From Obrimoposthia wandeli (lineage: Eukaryota): a stretch of DNA of 64,000 nt. Location: assembly GCA_977020255.1 (NCBI GenBank), contig CDROCS010002621.1:62001-126000 (forward strand). Reading direction: 5' to 3'. Below, piece after piece: positions 48,101 through 60,391 of the stretch. The number at the start of each line of letters is the position of its first letter. The first letter of the stretch is position 1. Under the pieces are notes generated by a model that worked only from the letters and a program-made list of their open reading frames with translations, ran no database searches and was not told the origin of the DNA. The position numbers were made by a program, and so were the translations under genes.

Positions 48101-51100
48101 TGTATTTAATAGACGGATCCTTTCATGTTTCATTTTTAACTGCCTCTTTCTGAACAAAGTTGATTTGATAATGTAAACATCAATTGGTAATTGGTTTGAT
48201 TTGAAATCAGAAACTACACCAAACACAGGGAAATCATATGATTTGCGTGTCACACTCGCCATGTTGACTCTTGCAATAGCAGCAACGCACTTATTTCAAA
48301 GTCGTGAGGCACTTCTCTCAGACGCTCAATTTAAACTTGTTCAGAACTGCACTACAAGTGGATTTTGATGAAAAACAGCATTATTGTTGACTATGAACCT
48401 GTAATGAGTAGTGGAGTAGTGAGTAACGCATTTGGATAATTTATACAAAATCAATATTTAATTATATTTATCGTTAAATTCAAAAAATATTAAAACTTTA
48501 ATGGCGTCGTGGGACCTCTTAATCATGCACGGATGACCTGAAATTTCATTTTACCCATTCACAACTTTTTATTATTCCCCACAGGTGAATTTCAAAATTT
48601 TTGGTTTTCGGCCAATCCTACTGAAGATGCGAACTATCAAATAAACATAGTTTTTACTAACGAAAATTAAATTCTACGAGATAATGCTCATTCATATATC
48701 TCAAAAAAACCCAAAAAATATGCAATCGAATTTTTACAGAATTCAAAATTGGATCCGTCAGATAATCATTTATTTCGGTTCATGGACCATCTTCTGCGAG
48801 AACATAGCTTTTCTAATACAGAGTGTCTCAAAATCAGGGGTCCGTGAAAAGATGACAACAAATCATTGATAGTGACTGTTCAAAGGAAACACAGCTTAAC
48901 TAACAGAATGTCAATTTTACAGAAAATAAATATTCATGACATAAACCTAAAATAACTGAAAACTATTTTTGACAAATTATTTTTGCTGCTATCATATGAT
49001 GTATTTGGTATGTAATTTCAGTTTCAGACAACTGATTTATATGATAACTCTGCAATGGAGTTGCTCGTGCATCAATTGAACTTTTTCCTGATTCAGGTGG
49101 CCCTGAAGGTGTCGCAACTGACATTCGCACACGAGATGGGCCACAACTTCGGCAGCAAGCACGACGACGACCACAAGGACCGCAGCGAGTGTCTGCCGCT
49201 GGTGGACGATCCTCGAGGCAACTTCATCATGTTCGCCAGCGCCACCAGCGGAGACAAGGAGAACAACAACAAGTTCTCCCAGTGCTCCAAGGACTCTATT
49301 GCGCGCCTTCTTGATCGGGTTACAAATGTGAGTGTCAAAGTAAACCTTAAAAATAGACTATTCAATGAAGAAATATTATTTCGGCTATACGGCCAACTAT
49401 CATTTTTTTACGAAATACTGAAATTGTCGGTACCGCAGCCATTGGATACGTTTGTGCAACTGAATAACACGGGAACCTTTTCAACTCATAATCACAGACG
49501 AATTTGAAGTGTATACCATATACATAATTAATTGTTCCAAGTTTTATATATATTTCTTATCGGACCATATGATCTAAGGAAAAACTAATTTTAAATTATT
49601 TAGTAGATATTTTCTTTAAATTGATTAACAAATGACCTAGAATCTAAATTAAATTTTTATTTTAACAATGTATATAATTAATCTGTAAATACTTGAGTAT
49701 TTAAATGTTGTAATCTTTTCAATTAAATTTGCTAAAGTTTACTTTGAAGGGTTAAAGCAACAAATTTAAAATTCATTTAATTTAAATATTTTCTGAAAAG
49801 TGAAGTTTTCAGCTGTTTCTTGAATTTTTCAACTTTACAGTTTTTTATATTTTTCGGTAGATTGTTGTAAAGATCTGGAGAATAAATTGCAAATATTCGA
49901 TCACTTAGTTTTTGAGAATTTCTTAACCAATGTGCAGACATCATCGTTACTCCTAAGATGCATATACATGCTCACTGCACTTTGTTCGAGAAAATTATAT
50001 AAACATTGTGTGATATAGTAATTTTGTTTATTTTACTTTTTAAATGAATGATGTTTTCACTGACATGCATGAAACTTATTGTTTCCTTAATAAGATGTAA
50101 GTTATTCTTAGGTTCAAATAATAAAGCTTCGGTTTTATTTTCATGCATCTTCTATTGTCTTGATTTCATAGTCAATAAATCAATATCTACATAAAATGTG
50201 GAAATTATTATTATAAATTTTTGTTACGGAATAATATATAACATTTATAGGAATTATTTGGATTGTTATCTTATGTTTCTTTCGCTTTTAAGGGGAAATT
50301 TTGATTCATGTAGTATAGACTATTTTGCTTATATTGAGTTTTGGACTCTAGCAGTTTATTTTTATTGGATTTCGTTCTGTGTTCGAATTTGTATTATTGG
50401 GGCACAGAACATTATTGGTGATAATTAAAAACTGCATACATAATAATACTGGTCTTAATGGGTTAATAATCGATTGACGAAGTATAAATTGAAAAAAGAA
50501 CTGAACCAAGTATCAAACCCTAAATATTGTAAAATTATTTTTCAAACGTTTTTGTAAATTTTAATATTTATGTAAAAGATTTTATGGGTATCTTCAGTGA
50601 AGCTATTCTCGATTTTTGCTTCAAGGGTAGCAACTAGCGCACACTACAATGTAGGTCTTTAAATTAAAAAAATCAGTTATTCTAACACATATTACCAAAC
50701 AGAAACTCCCATCTTTTAAAACGGGATTTTATTTGCAATACAAAACTACAGGAACTCTTTCGAAATTGTGGACAATTTATAATCAATCTGCCAATGTCCA
50801 ATTTCCCTCTTTTACTCCATTTATTCACAAAAAACGTAAAAGCTTATTCAGATATGAGGTTTCGTTTAAGTCACTTAGAACCACATATTGCTGCTCTTGG
50901 GACTCGATTTTTTTTTCAAAGGATCTCATTGACAATCGTTTGTTTTCAGATAGAATGAATAGAAACTTTTTGGTTTTATTATATCATATTTTATCAATTT
51001 AAAATCCTAATTTTCTAGTATCCATTTTTGGGGAAAAGCGAGGAAGTCCTATCGTACAGTGTTGCAAGAAATTCCAAAGTACTTATGTTCTGGTGACACA

Positions 51101-54100
51101 TGCAGAGCAAGAGCAACTGCTTCCAGCACCAGGAGGGCTCCTTCTGTGGCAACAAGCTGACTGAAGAGGGTGAACAGTGTGACTGTGGCTACTCTGAAGA
51201 CGATTGCCAGGACAGATGCTGTTTCCCAAAAAAGTCTGCTAAGCCGTGTCGGCTGCGAAAGACAACAACTGATACTTTCAGAGTGGTAAGCTGTGTTTCC
51301 TTTTGACACTAATTAATTAAATAGAGTAAATAATTGCTTGGATCCGAGATTTTCAGATGGGGATGTAAATTATGAGATTAGTGTCTAATTGGGCAAGTTT
51401 TATTTCAATAAAAAAGGTTGTTACATATATAGAATGTGTTGAAAGTTACATCCTTTCTAAGTTAGCGCCAATAAGATGTGCATCATAATACAGTCTAACG
51501 AAAGTATTTCATCGATGAAACATTTAACTTACCTACTCCATCACATATAATCACATATTAATTGTGCTTGATCTATGCTACATGCTAACTAACGAATAAT
51601 TCCTTACCTGTCTGTCTGCATATTTATTGTACCACGCCCATTTGTCCTGTATCTATCTGTCTCAGTATTTTTGTACTATTTTTGAACGACTTTCTGGTTG
51701 GGTAGTTGTCTCCTAGTGTTTTTGTCATATTCTGATTGCTAGCTTTAGTGTGGTCACTGCTAGTTGTGTTGTGTATTTTGTTTGATGTATCATATTACTG
51801 ACCATTCCAACAATTAAAATACGATAATCGGCGTGGAACTTGGAGATAGTATTTACATTGCGTAAAATTAAGTCCCAAAAAGCTAAATAGGTACATAATA
51901 ATTTAGGGGGAAGGGCTACTGCTTGTCTCCTACTCAGTCTCACCAGATAATTACTGGTGAACATTTATTACAATTTCTATCAGTATCTAATTACTGTAAT
52001 CATTAAATTAAATCTCTTATTAACCGTGTATTCTTACTCAAAAAACCCGAGATTTATATGATATCTACAATGTACAATTATATGCATCCCCTTCATAAAC
52101 GATTTCAGATTACTAATGTTCCGATAAAATCAACAATTAGGATCATTTAGTTTACTCCAACATTCGACAATCTCATGGAACTCCTCCAACGATGTAGGTA
52201 CAGTGCTCACCAACAGCCGGGGAATGCTGCACTACCGAGTGCCAGTTCCGCCCTGAACATCACATGTGCCGCACCGTCGGAGAGTGCTACAAGGCGGCGC
52301 ACTGTCAAGGCACCAACACCCGGTGCCCTGCATCAGAGAAAGTGCCGGATCTTACCAAGTGTCAGGCAAGTAGAACCACAAAACATAACCGCCACAAGAT
52401 ACAATATCCACATGACGAAACACCTATACCAAAGCTGTAAAACTTTCCTAGTATAAAATACTAACAAAACGAAACACTCACTCATTTTATAATATTATGT
52501 TTCCCAAAAGATTTAATAAAGATTACAATTTATTTATTGTCCAAACTTTGGGTTTATGTTTGAATATAATATAAAATACCTTTATTGATTCATAAATTAT
52601 TCATTTCAAATTACAGTTACATTTATTCAAAAACTGAAATATAAAATAGCAAACTCGACAATTTAAGAAAACAATGATTTATAGAAAATATAGAGACATA
52701 TGATAGGAATGTTTACAGTGTTAATGATAAACTGAAGTTTTTTGTGTTTTCTTTTCCCAAATAACAGCCCAGGAAGTTTTATCACTGTTTGGGAATTTGA
52801 AAGTCCAATCTCAACAGAAGTTATCGAAGGTGGATATAACAGATTTATACAATATTTTAAAAATGACTCATTTATCCTAAAATAAGTTATTAATTATTTA
52901 AAATATGTTTATATATTTAAATAATTATTTTAAGGTACAATTGTAACAAATGTAACACCAATTTTAAATGCGAAATTATGAATTTCTTTCAATTATCTAT
53001 TAAGGTTTTGTTGGTAAATATGTAATTCTAAATAATTTTAAAGGATTTGCTCATCTTTTATACTTTTCTTAACATTAAAGGGACTTCATGACGTAGAAAT
53101 ATTTTAAAGTGAAAAAGAAAATTAAATACATAAATTTATACAAACCAAATTAATGTAAATGTTATATAATTTGACTTTCTTATATCTCTAATACGGTTTC
53201 GTGGAGCTAATATTTTAGCAGTGTTCATGACATTTATTTTGTGCAGTATTTTGTCAAATATGTAGAACATGCCCAAACAGCCTATGTTATCTTGTAGGAC
53301 AACACACGAGTTTGCAAGAACGGCGAGTGTGTAGGATCAATATGCGAGAGTGTGACTGGCTGGCAAGAATGCTCCATCGTGCGCTCTGAGAAGGTCACGC
53401 CCAAGATGATGTGCTACGTCGCCTGCAAGGAGAACCGCACTGGAGCACCCTGTATCAGCACCTACGATCTTGTTAAGGTGATTACACTGAAAAGAGCACA
53501 CTCTAAACTCTCTTGGATGTGTTTTAACTCAATAAAAAATAAATCAAATTTGAACAAAAATTAACAGTTTTCTTTTCAAATCTCTATAGATTTTTTGATC
53601 TACAGAAAAATTATTTAGTTCATTGTGTAAACGGGTTCCAATAATAACAATAAAATATATTTAATAAAGTGCTAATGTCTAATAAATATATCATTTACTA
53701 ATCAAAATTTAAAAATGTATCTAATTTTTTTGTATGCCTTCCCCATTTATATAAACCGGCAACACAAAAATACAAATAAACGTTGATAGTATTTCGGTTT
53801 TTGTACATCATCACTATGATTTACAGGTCGGATTGCATAAGCAATATTGTTAGGTTAGATAATGTTGCATTTGTTCTTGTTGAAAACTTTGATGCTCATA
53901 ACACAAAAATGGCAATCGTTTGAGGGATATTTCTGTTCTCTCCATAAACTGGTCGTATCTATATAACTGCTAAACTACAACAATAGAAGTACTCGATAGA
54001 AGTACGGTCAAAAACAAACCACGGGAAGAGGGTCATAAAAGCGACACGACTAGAAATGTAGGCTGTCGAATGAAATTGGAAACTGTTTCTCAAAACCGGC

Positions 54101-57100
54101 ATAACAGTACAGGACATGTGGGTTCATATTTGTTGGTGATGGCATCGCTGTGAACTGTACGGTTCCTGAGAATATCACCACCTACAGCATGACTTCCTCC
54201 GTAGATAGCAGATGAGGTCATTCGAGTGAACCGTCAGTTTTCATAGTTTATGGCTTAGAATAACTGTATACAGTCAATGTTGCATGCTTGCTTTACTCTA
54301 CGATTTTATTCTGAATTGACACCCTTAACTAAAATAATTATTTACATAACTATGGAGTGTTTTTAACCAACCAAGTTAATCACAATTTATTCCTGGACCT
54401 GAGGGGCCAGGACAATAATATTTTATAATGAAGGTTGTAATGTAAGGACTAAGCTAATTCCCCAGTGTTGGATTAGTGGCGATTATTGGAGGCTAGGTGA
54501 TTTTTGGAGGCTAGGTGTTTATTGGAGGATATACGATCATTTGAAGCTACGAGATTATTTGAGGATATGCGATTATTTGAAGTTTTGTGATTATTGGAGG
54601 ATATGCGTTTATTTGAAGTTTTGATATTATTGGAGGATATGCGTTTATTTGAAGTTCGGTGATTATTGGAGGATGGGCGATTATTTGAAGTTGGGTGATT
54701 ATTGGAGGATATGCGATCATTTGAAGTTTTGTGATTATTGGAGGATATGCGTTTATTTGAAGTTCGGTGATTATTGGAGGATGGGCGATTATTTGAAGTT
54801 GGGTGATTATTGGAGGATATGCGATCATTTGAAGTTTTGTGATTATTGGAGGATGTGCGATTATTTGAAGTTGGGTTATTATTGGAGGATGTGCGATTAT
54901 TTGAAGTTGGGTTATTATTGGAGGATGTGCGATTATTTGAAGTTGGGTTATTATTGGAGGATATGCGATTATTTGAAGTTGGGTGATTGTTGGAGGAAAT
55001 TAATTTAAGAAATACGGTATATTTTTATTTTCACATATGCGCGTATGTGAGCAACTATGCGCATGTCAAGGCGAATATTGAGGTGTTCAATCAGTTTATT
55101 ATTTAAGGACTGATATATATTAGCACATAAATTGATATGAATTAACGTTAATATAATGATTAACGTAATAAATACGTTGTATTCACTATATATGGTGTAT
55201 GGAACTTGATTTAGACGACTTTTTAGTATTTTATGAAAACATGGGCGTCGGTTTATTGTCCTTTTTTGGTAAATGGGGGAAGGGGCTGAGTCGGGTCTTA
55301 TTTGCATTCCTGTAAAAGTATCCTTGACGTTGCAACCATCTGCAGAACGCAGAACTGCGCAGTCAGTATCCAGATTTGTCCAGGGAGCTGCTCATGCCTC
55401 TCCACAAGGCCATCCAGCTGAAGCCGGGTGCCCCCTGTGACAATTACCATGGCTACTGTGACGCCTTCTTGCGCTGTCGCTCGGTGGAAGCTGACGGACC
55501 ACTTGCTCGCATCAAGAACCTGATATTCTCGCCCAAGATGCTTTACACGATTAAGCTCTGGATTACGGTAAGTCTATCCGCCACCTATGCAAGAATCTAT
55601 TTATTGTGCCTGAATAAACATTTCTAAAAATTTTAACTATTCCGAAACTTAAGATAAAACAACATAAAACATATACACAAATAAGAATTGGCAACAAAAT
55701 CGGTAGCGTATATCCAGAGTCATTTGTTATTGGAATTGTGACCCTGATAATCGGAAAACTCTTGGAAAACTTATCGAATCAATACCATGCAGATTAAGTG
55801 TTTACAGTGTATTTCTTTCATTATTAAATCTCAAGCTAATCTTAGTTAGATTAAGTTAATGCATTAAATATCGAGATTCTAAACGTGTCTTTCTAAAGAT
55901 TTGCTAAATAAAAATGTCATGATCCAAAAAGTTACCAGAGGTCACTGAAATAAATATATTTTGAAAGTATTTATACAATTTTATGAATAAATTGAAATTT
56001 AAGAATATAACTTTATAATATATTCTGTTAAATTTACAATATTATATTTTTAGAACACATTCAAATGACTTAAGTTAACGGATAAATATGTGAACAAAAT
56101 TAAATTATGCTTTTTCATACAGAATTAAACTAAAATTTTGGCCATGTTCGTAAAAATCCCTTATTATCCCAATATAAGCATGCTAAAACTCAAAAATATA
56201 AAGAAAAGTAATACCTAATAATTTACTAAAAAATCAAGACACTATCTAATAAATATAATGCAGTTATTTTCCTCCACTGCATTTAATTTCATTGTATATC
56301 ACACAACAGTCTAAATTTCGCTCGTTTGCACACTGTTTATGTGTTATCTCAAAAATATGTTCTTGCATCTCGTTCAATTGCTAAATTTAATGAAATATAT
56401 CGTAAAAATACATGAATATAGTATTCCTCGCTATTTTTATCGTGAAAGAACTCGTTCTGTTTTTTTAAATGGAAATTTCCTGTTCCAAAATAATCGCCAA
56501 GAATTGGTTATTTACAAAATTTTATTCGGATGTTTATCTGATAAATTATAGAGCAGAGATTTTGAAAATCTCATCTTGAACTTATTACTGAGTTTGTTAC
56601 CGTAATCGTAAAATTCTTTAAAACTGCATACGAATATATCTTACAACTATATCTTTTAAAGTTTATAAAGTTTAAATAGAATTCGATAAAGAATGGAACC
56701 TAGGATATAGCAAATATATCTAAATTTAAATGAAGTCATTTTTATTTCAAATATAATGTCTTCATTAGACAATGTCTCGATGTGCTATTGTGGAAAATTG
56801 ACTAATTAGGGGAGTAGTTAATTGTGCAACTATGGGATTGGATCTCTCGATAATCCCTAGCGTTAGCATCAGTCATTCACATAACTGATAAGGTCGCATT
56901 ATCAATTATTCAGAGGTTCTCATCAGTATTGTTGGATACCAACCTGATTATTATAGCGGTAAGACGGATTGGCTATCTTGTGGCTTTCTCAACCTTTTGC
57001 CGATATTTTACCTTTTGGGATTAAAATTCAAAACCGAAATATAAAATTATCGATCCAACAATAACCATAGTTGCGAACCGAACCAGAAACCGTTCCAGTT

Positions 57101-60100
57101 CACACAATTTAAACCCGTTGAACCAAAATATTCTACCGTTTTTACCAATGTGAGATTTACAGTAAGTGCGTGCAACTTTAAGCAGCATTTATGATAGTTT
57201 TCAAATTGAAAGATTTGGATTTGATAGCATGTAAAAATGTAATGTGAATTATCGATTATTTATTTGAAATTCGTTTATTACTCAGACAACTAAACCTTAC
57301 AAAAATGGTATCTGATGAAACGAAGAAAAATATATTTAAAGTTGCAGAATGAACAAATGGATTTAGTCGATTTCTATGGACTAGGGTTAAGATTTACATT
57401 AGTCTTGCAAATATCTATATAATTGTATATACTGGACCGAGAAGCATTGGTATTGGTATATATATTAAAGGTCGAGTAGCACTTTAATATTTTTTAAATA
57501 AAATAAATGTAAATAATGCTAAATGAAATTGAAAACGACATAGTGATTAATAATGACTATATCAGAACAATTTAGGATTGTACTTTTTTTAATTATCTGC
57601 GACTTTTTAATAAAATATCATCCATAGCCAACACCTCGATCACTTCATGGAAGATTTTTAAAAAATCTAAAATAAGTTTTCTACCTCATTAGGTTCATAC
57701 GAAGAAGAAATTTAAGGCAATTTAGCACTGAGTGTGAAGATTACTTAGACTAACGATGACTTATTATTATGCCTCAAAAACATTTAACATACAAAATACC
57801 AATGCTATAGAATTGTCACCAATATGCGGGTGACTGTAGTCACCCTATATTTGGTAGGATGACTGTTCAACAGTACTGATGAGGACATGAAGCCATTTCT
57901 CCAGGCCTAGGGATGACGTCGTTGGCGTCTGTTACATACTAAGTTGGATGTGTGCGTTGGATGTGTGCGTTGGACCACTTTCTGTCACCTGGTGTTGATT
58001 TAGAGGGACGGCCACCCATAACTGCCTGCCTGGCCACTGCACATGTACCACAGAGTTCGAGGCAGCGCCACACACAAACACACACCCGCAAATCGGTGTT
58101 GGATTGTGCGACAAGTTTCACACCAGACAGAGTTTTGGGTCTGAATTCAGTGTGACTTCAAATGTTGCCAGCAACATTTAAAGCTACTTGATCTTCCTAT
58201 AACGAACAAGTCCAATAACCTTGCAAATACTAAATATTCTCCAGTGCGGTTTTTGATACAATGTACATTTTTAGTCAAACACAAGTTTGAATCATTACTG
58301 TTGTTTAATATTGGTTATATCGCGTTAATTTTGAAGCAGATTTTTAACAATGAATCTTATTATTATCATTTCTTATTAGTATTAAACTAAGTTTTAACAA
58401 AAACAATCTTCTGATTGACGAGGCTTACTTTTATTTACATTAAACTAATAATGATCTTTTGCTAAGGTACGGGTTTCAAGGAAAATTGCTAAAATTCTGC
58501 CATTTGTGCATTACTGTAAAACATGAATAGCACGATTCCAAGTCAATTTTAGTAGTGTTTAATTTAATTGTTTATTTATAGGAATAGTGACAAATATTTA
58601 ATTCTCAGATACATTTTAAATCAAACTACATGATCACCACCAACAGTTAAAAGATCTTCACAATGGTTGCAAAGAGAATTAAATTCATTCACAGCCTCTG
58701 GATCGTACGCTCTTCATCACTGACAAACTGAACACCGCGGATAATAATTCTTTCAGTTTTTGCAGGATTCTAGCGAACATGCCGCCATTTTCCTCCAGTA
58801 GTATGAATGTTCAGCATTCATGGTTTTTCCTCGACTTGTAAATCTGATATTGATCTTAGTGACTATCAGAAGCTTTTGGCATTGTTGTCATGTCATGTCC
58901 TGCTGTTTAGGCCAAAGTCGAATCATGCAGCAACCTGCTCAGCATTTCTGCAGATTTTCAATTGAGTGATCTTTAATGTTAAAAGCAAATATTTGGTACA
59001 CCAAACATTCAAAATATGCAATTGTAGGATGATATAACATATTTATTTTCAAAATAAGAAACTCTCAATTTGATTGGTCCCCATTGACTCGTGCAGCAGT
59101 ACTGGTGGGGTGTGATGCTCATGTGCATTGGGGGTATTATCGTGATTGGACTGTTCCTGAAGCTGTGTTCTCGCAATACGCCGAGCACTGTACCAACATT
59201 GCCAGCGTCCACAGTGACCCAGCGACACGGAGGCCACAAGAATGGTGCTCGAGTCCGCAACAGTCGCCATAGCAACGGTCGCCCTGGCAACAACAGTCGT
59301 CACATAAATAATGGCCGTTCTCACAACAACTGCCCGACGGCGCCACCACCGTTGCTCTTACCAAATGGCCGTGTGCACCACCAGCATGGAGGTGGTAACC
59401 ATGGCAACCATAATATGTTGCTCATGTCGCCGCCACTCCCATCTGCCACTGATCAATCTGTCTGCCCACCGAGACCTCCTCCCGTCCGCCCTCCACGCAG
59501 CCACAACCACCGACCCATCTCTATGATCCAAACCAAGTAGGTTGCATATTCGACCAAACAATCAGCACATCTATACCAATAATGACGACTTAGTTTCTAT
59601 GCACGATGATTAATGTAGGGAACGTTATTGAATTTCTCATCTTATTATGTACTTGTTATAACATATCAAATGCAACGTCAATGGGGAAGTTTCCTACTGA
59701 ATAAAGGTTATATAAACGAAAGAATGCGAAGATTATGATTATGCAGACACAGAGGATCAGAGAAAAGAGCGAACTTCTAGAGAGACTTTTAAAGGGTTTC
59801 TACTGTAAAATATAAATAGTATTTACTAAATAATAACCCCATATGAAAATACTACTACAAGGCTTTCATTTAGCACTAAGATCCGCACCAATGAGGTCTT
59901 TACTATCGCCATTCGTTATTTTCTATAACTTGGATTATGCAGGCGAATATATTCATGGGTTGAGATTTTAGTCTGACAACCATATACTCAAAATAAGAAT
60001 CAATAATTGAGTATTAACACTTTTCATTTTCTATAGCTGTGCAAATATTCTTATTGGCTATATCCAAAAACATGAGTAAATTTAAGAACTAGGGCATCGT

Positions 60101-60391
60101 AATATTTATGGTATTCGATCTTACAGTCTGAATTGGACTAATCATTAAGATATTTATTATTACATAACGGGTGCCGAGTTAATATAAGGAGGCAAAATGA
60201 GTTGCCTTTTGAAAGATGTTGGAAAACACTGTCATAAGCTGTTCTGGAAATTTTTGCGCAGTGGGCCCTTATCGGACGTTGCTACAAGACCAATTAGCAT
60301 GAACATCGAGTCCAGCATCCACATCCAGGAGTTCTATCGACCCGGCGAGCCTGGCTACCCCCCACCGGCCTACAACGAAGTGTCAGTTTAG
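42147..60391 (+). CDS. ADAM10: Disintegrin and metalloproteinase domain-containing protein 10 (kuzbanian)
   Basis: Ten coding exons with consistent phases: 42147-42718, 44423-44666, 45951-46301, 49097-49327, 51106-51285, 52198-52365 (GC donor), 53298-53477, 55346-55567, 59097-59536, 60262-60391; 2718 nt, about 905 aa. Domains in order: signal peptide, prodomain with cysteine switch (TSGCG), furin site RQKR, metalloprotease ([31 protein letters not shown], zinc motif [12 protein letters not shown]), disintegrin ([15 protein letters not shown]), Cys-rich region ([11 protein letters not shown]), TM ([20 protein letters not shown]) and a Pro-rich tail. Confidence 0.95.
45150..45700 (-). mobile_element. 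Tc1-like transposase remnant
   Basis: Minus ORF 45439-45696 contains [23 protein letters not shown], resembling the FQQDGA...FP.RWI segment of DD34E transposases. Confidence 0.4.
46740..47340 (+). mobile_element. mariner-like transposase remnant
   Basis: [32 protein letters not shown] resembles the mariner KVM.xVFWD..G...E....G.TIN...Y segment; frame-broken. Confidence 0.55.
47690..48620 (-). mobile_element. DNA transposon remnant (hATm-like), 5' part
   Basis: Minus ORFs carry QLPIDV...KSTL and LFDFSSCKC...KIP...[18 protein letters not shown], a motif set common in invertebrate cut-and-paste transposases; putative terminus TAGGATTGGCCGAAAACC at 48620. Superfamily assignment is tentative. 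Confidence 0.5.
49820..50500 (-). mobile_element. Second fragment of the same LINE family, in an ADAM10 intron
   Basis: Shares TTTCACTGACATGCATGAAACTT and ATAATCGATTGACGAAGTATAAAT with 4440-4700. Minus strand [15 protein letters not shown] resembles the LINE ORF2 C-terminal motif. Confidence 0.55.
54470..54995. repeat. 33-bp minisatellite (about 14 copies) in an ADAM10 intron
   Basis: Unit about GATTATTGGAGGATATGCGATTATTTGAAGTTGGGT; the 33-bp periodicity explains the repetitive ORFs on both strands. Confidence 0.9.

Noticed and set aside
54470-55008. Regular 33-bp repeat as a CRISPR array or repetitive protein gene
   Set aside because: No unique spacers, eukaryotic intron context, and ORFs on both strands arise simply because the unit is a multiple of 3.
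56915-57890. Other CTGATGA motifs (11043, 47466, 56921 minus, 57311, 57875) as hammerheads
   Set aside because: None is followed by a stem II hairpin and GAAA core, or by stems I and III.
59009-59561. Multiple overlapping minus-strand and alternative-frame ORFs over ADAM10 exons
   Set aside because: By-products of the GC-rich coding exon; only the plus frame with TM and tail fits the gene.
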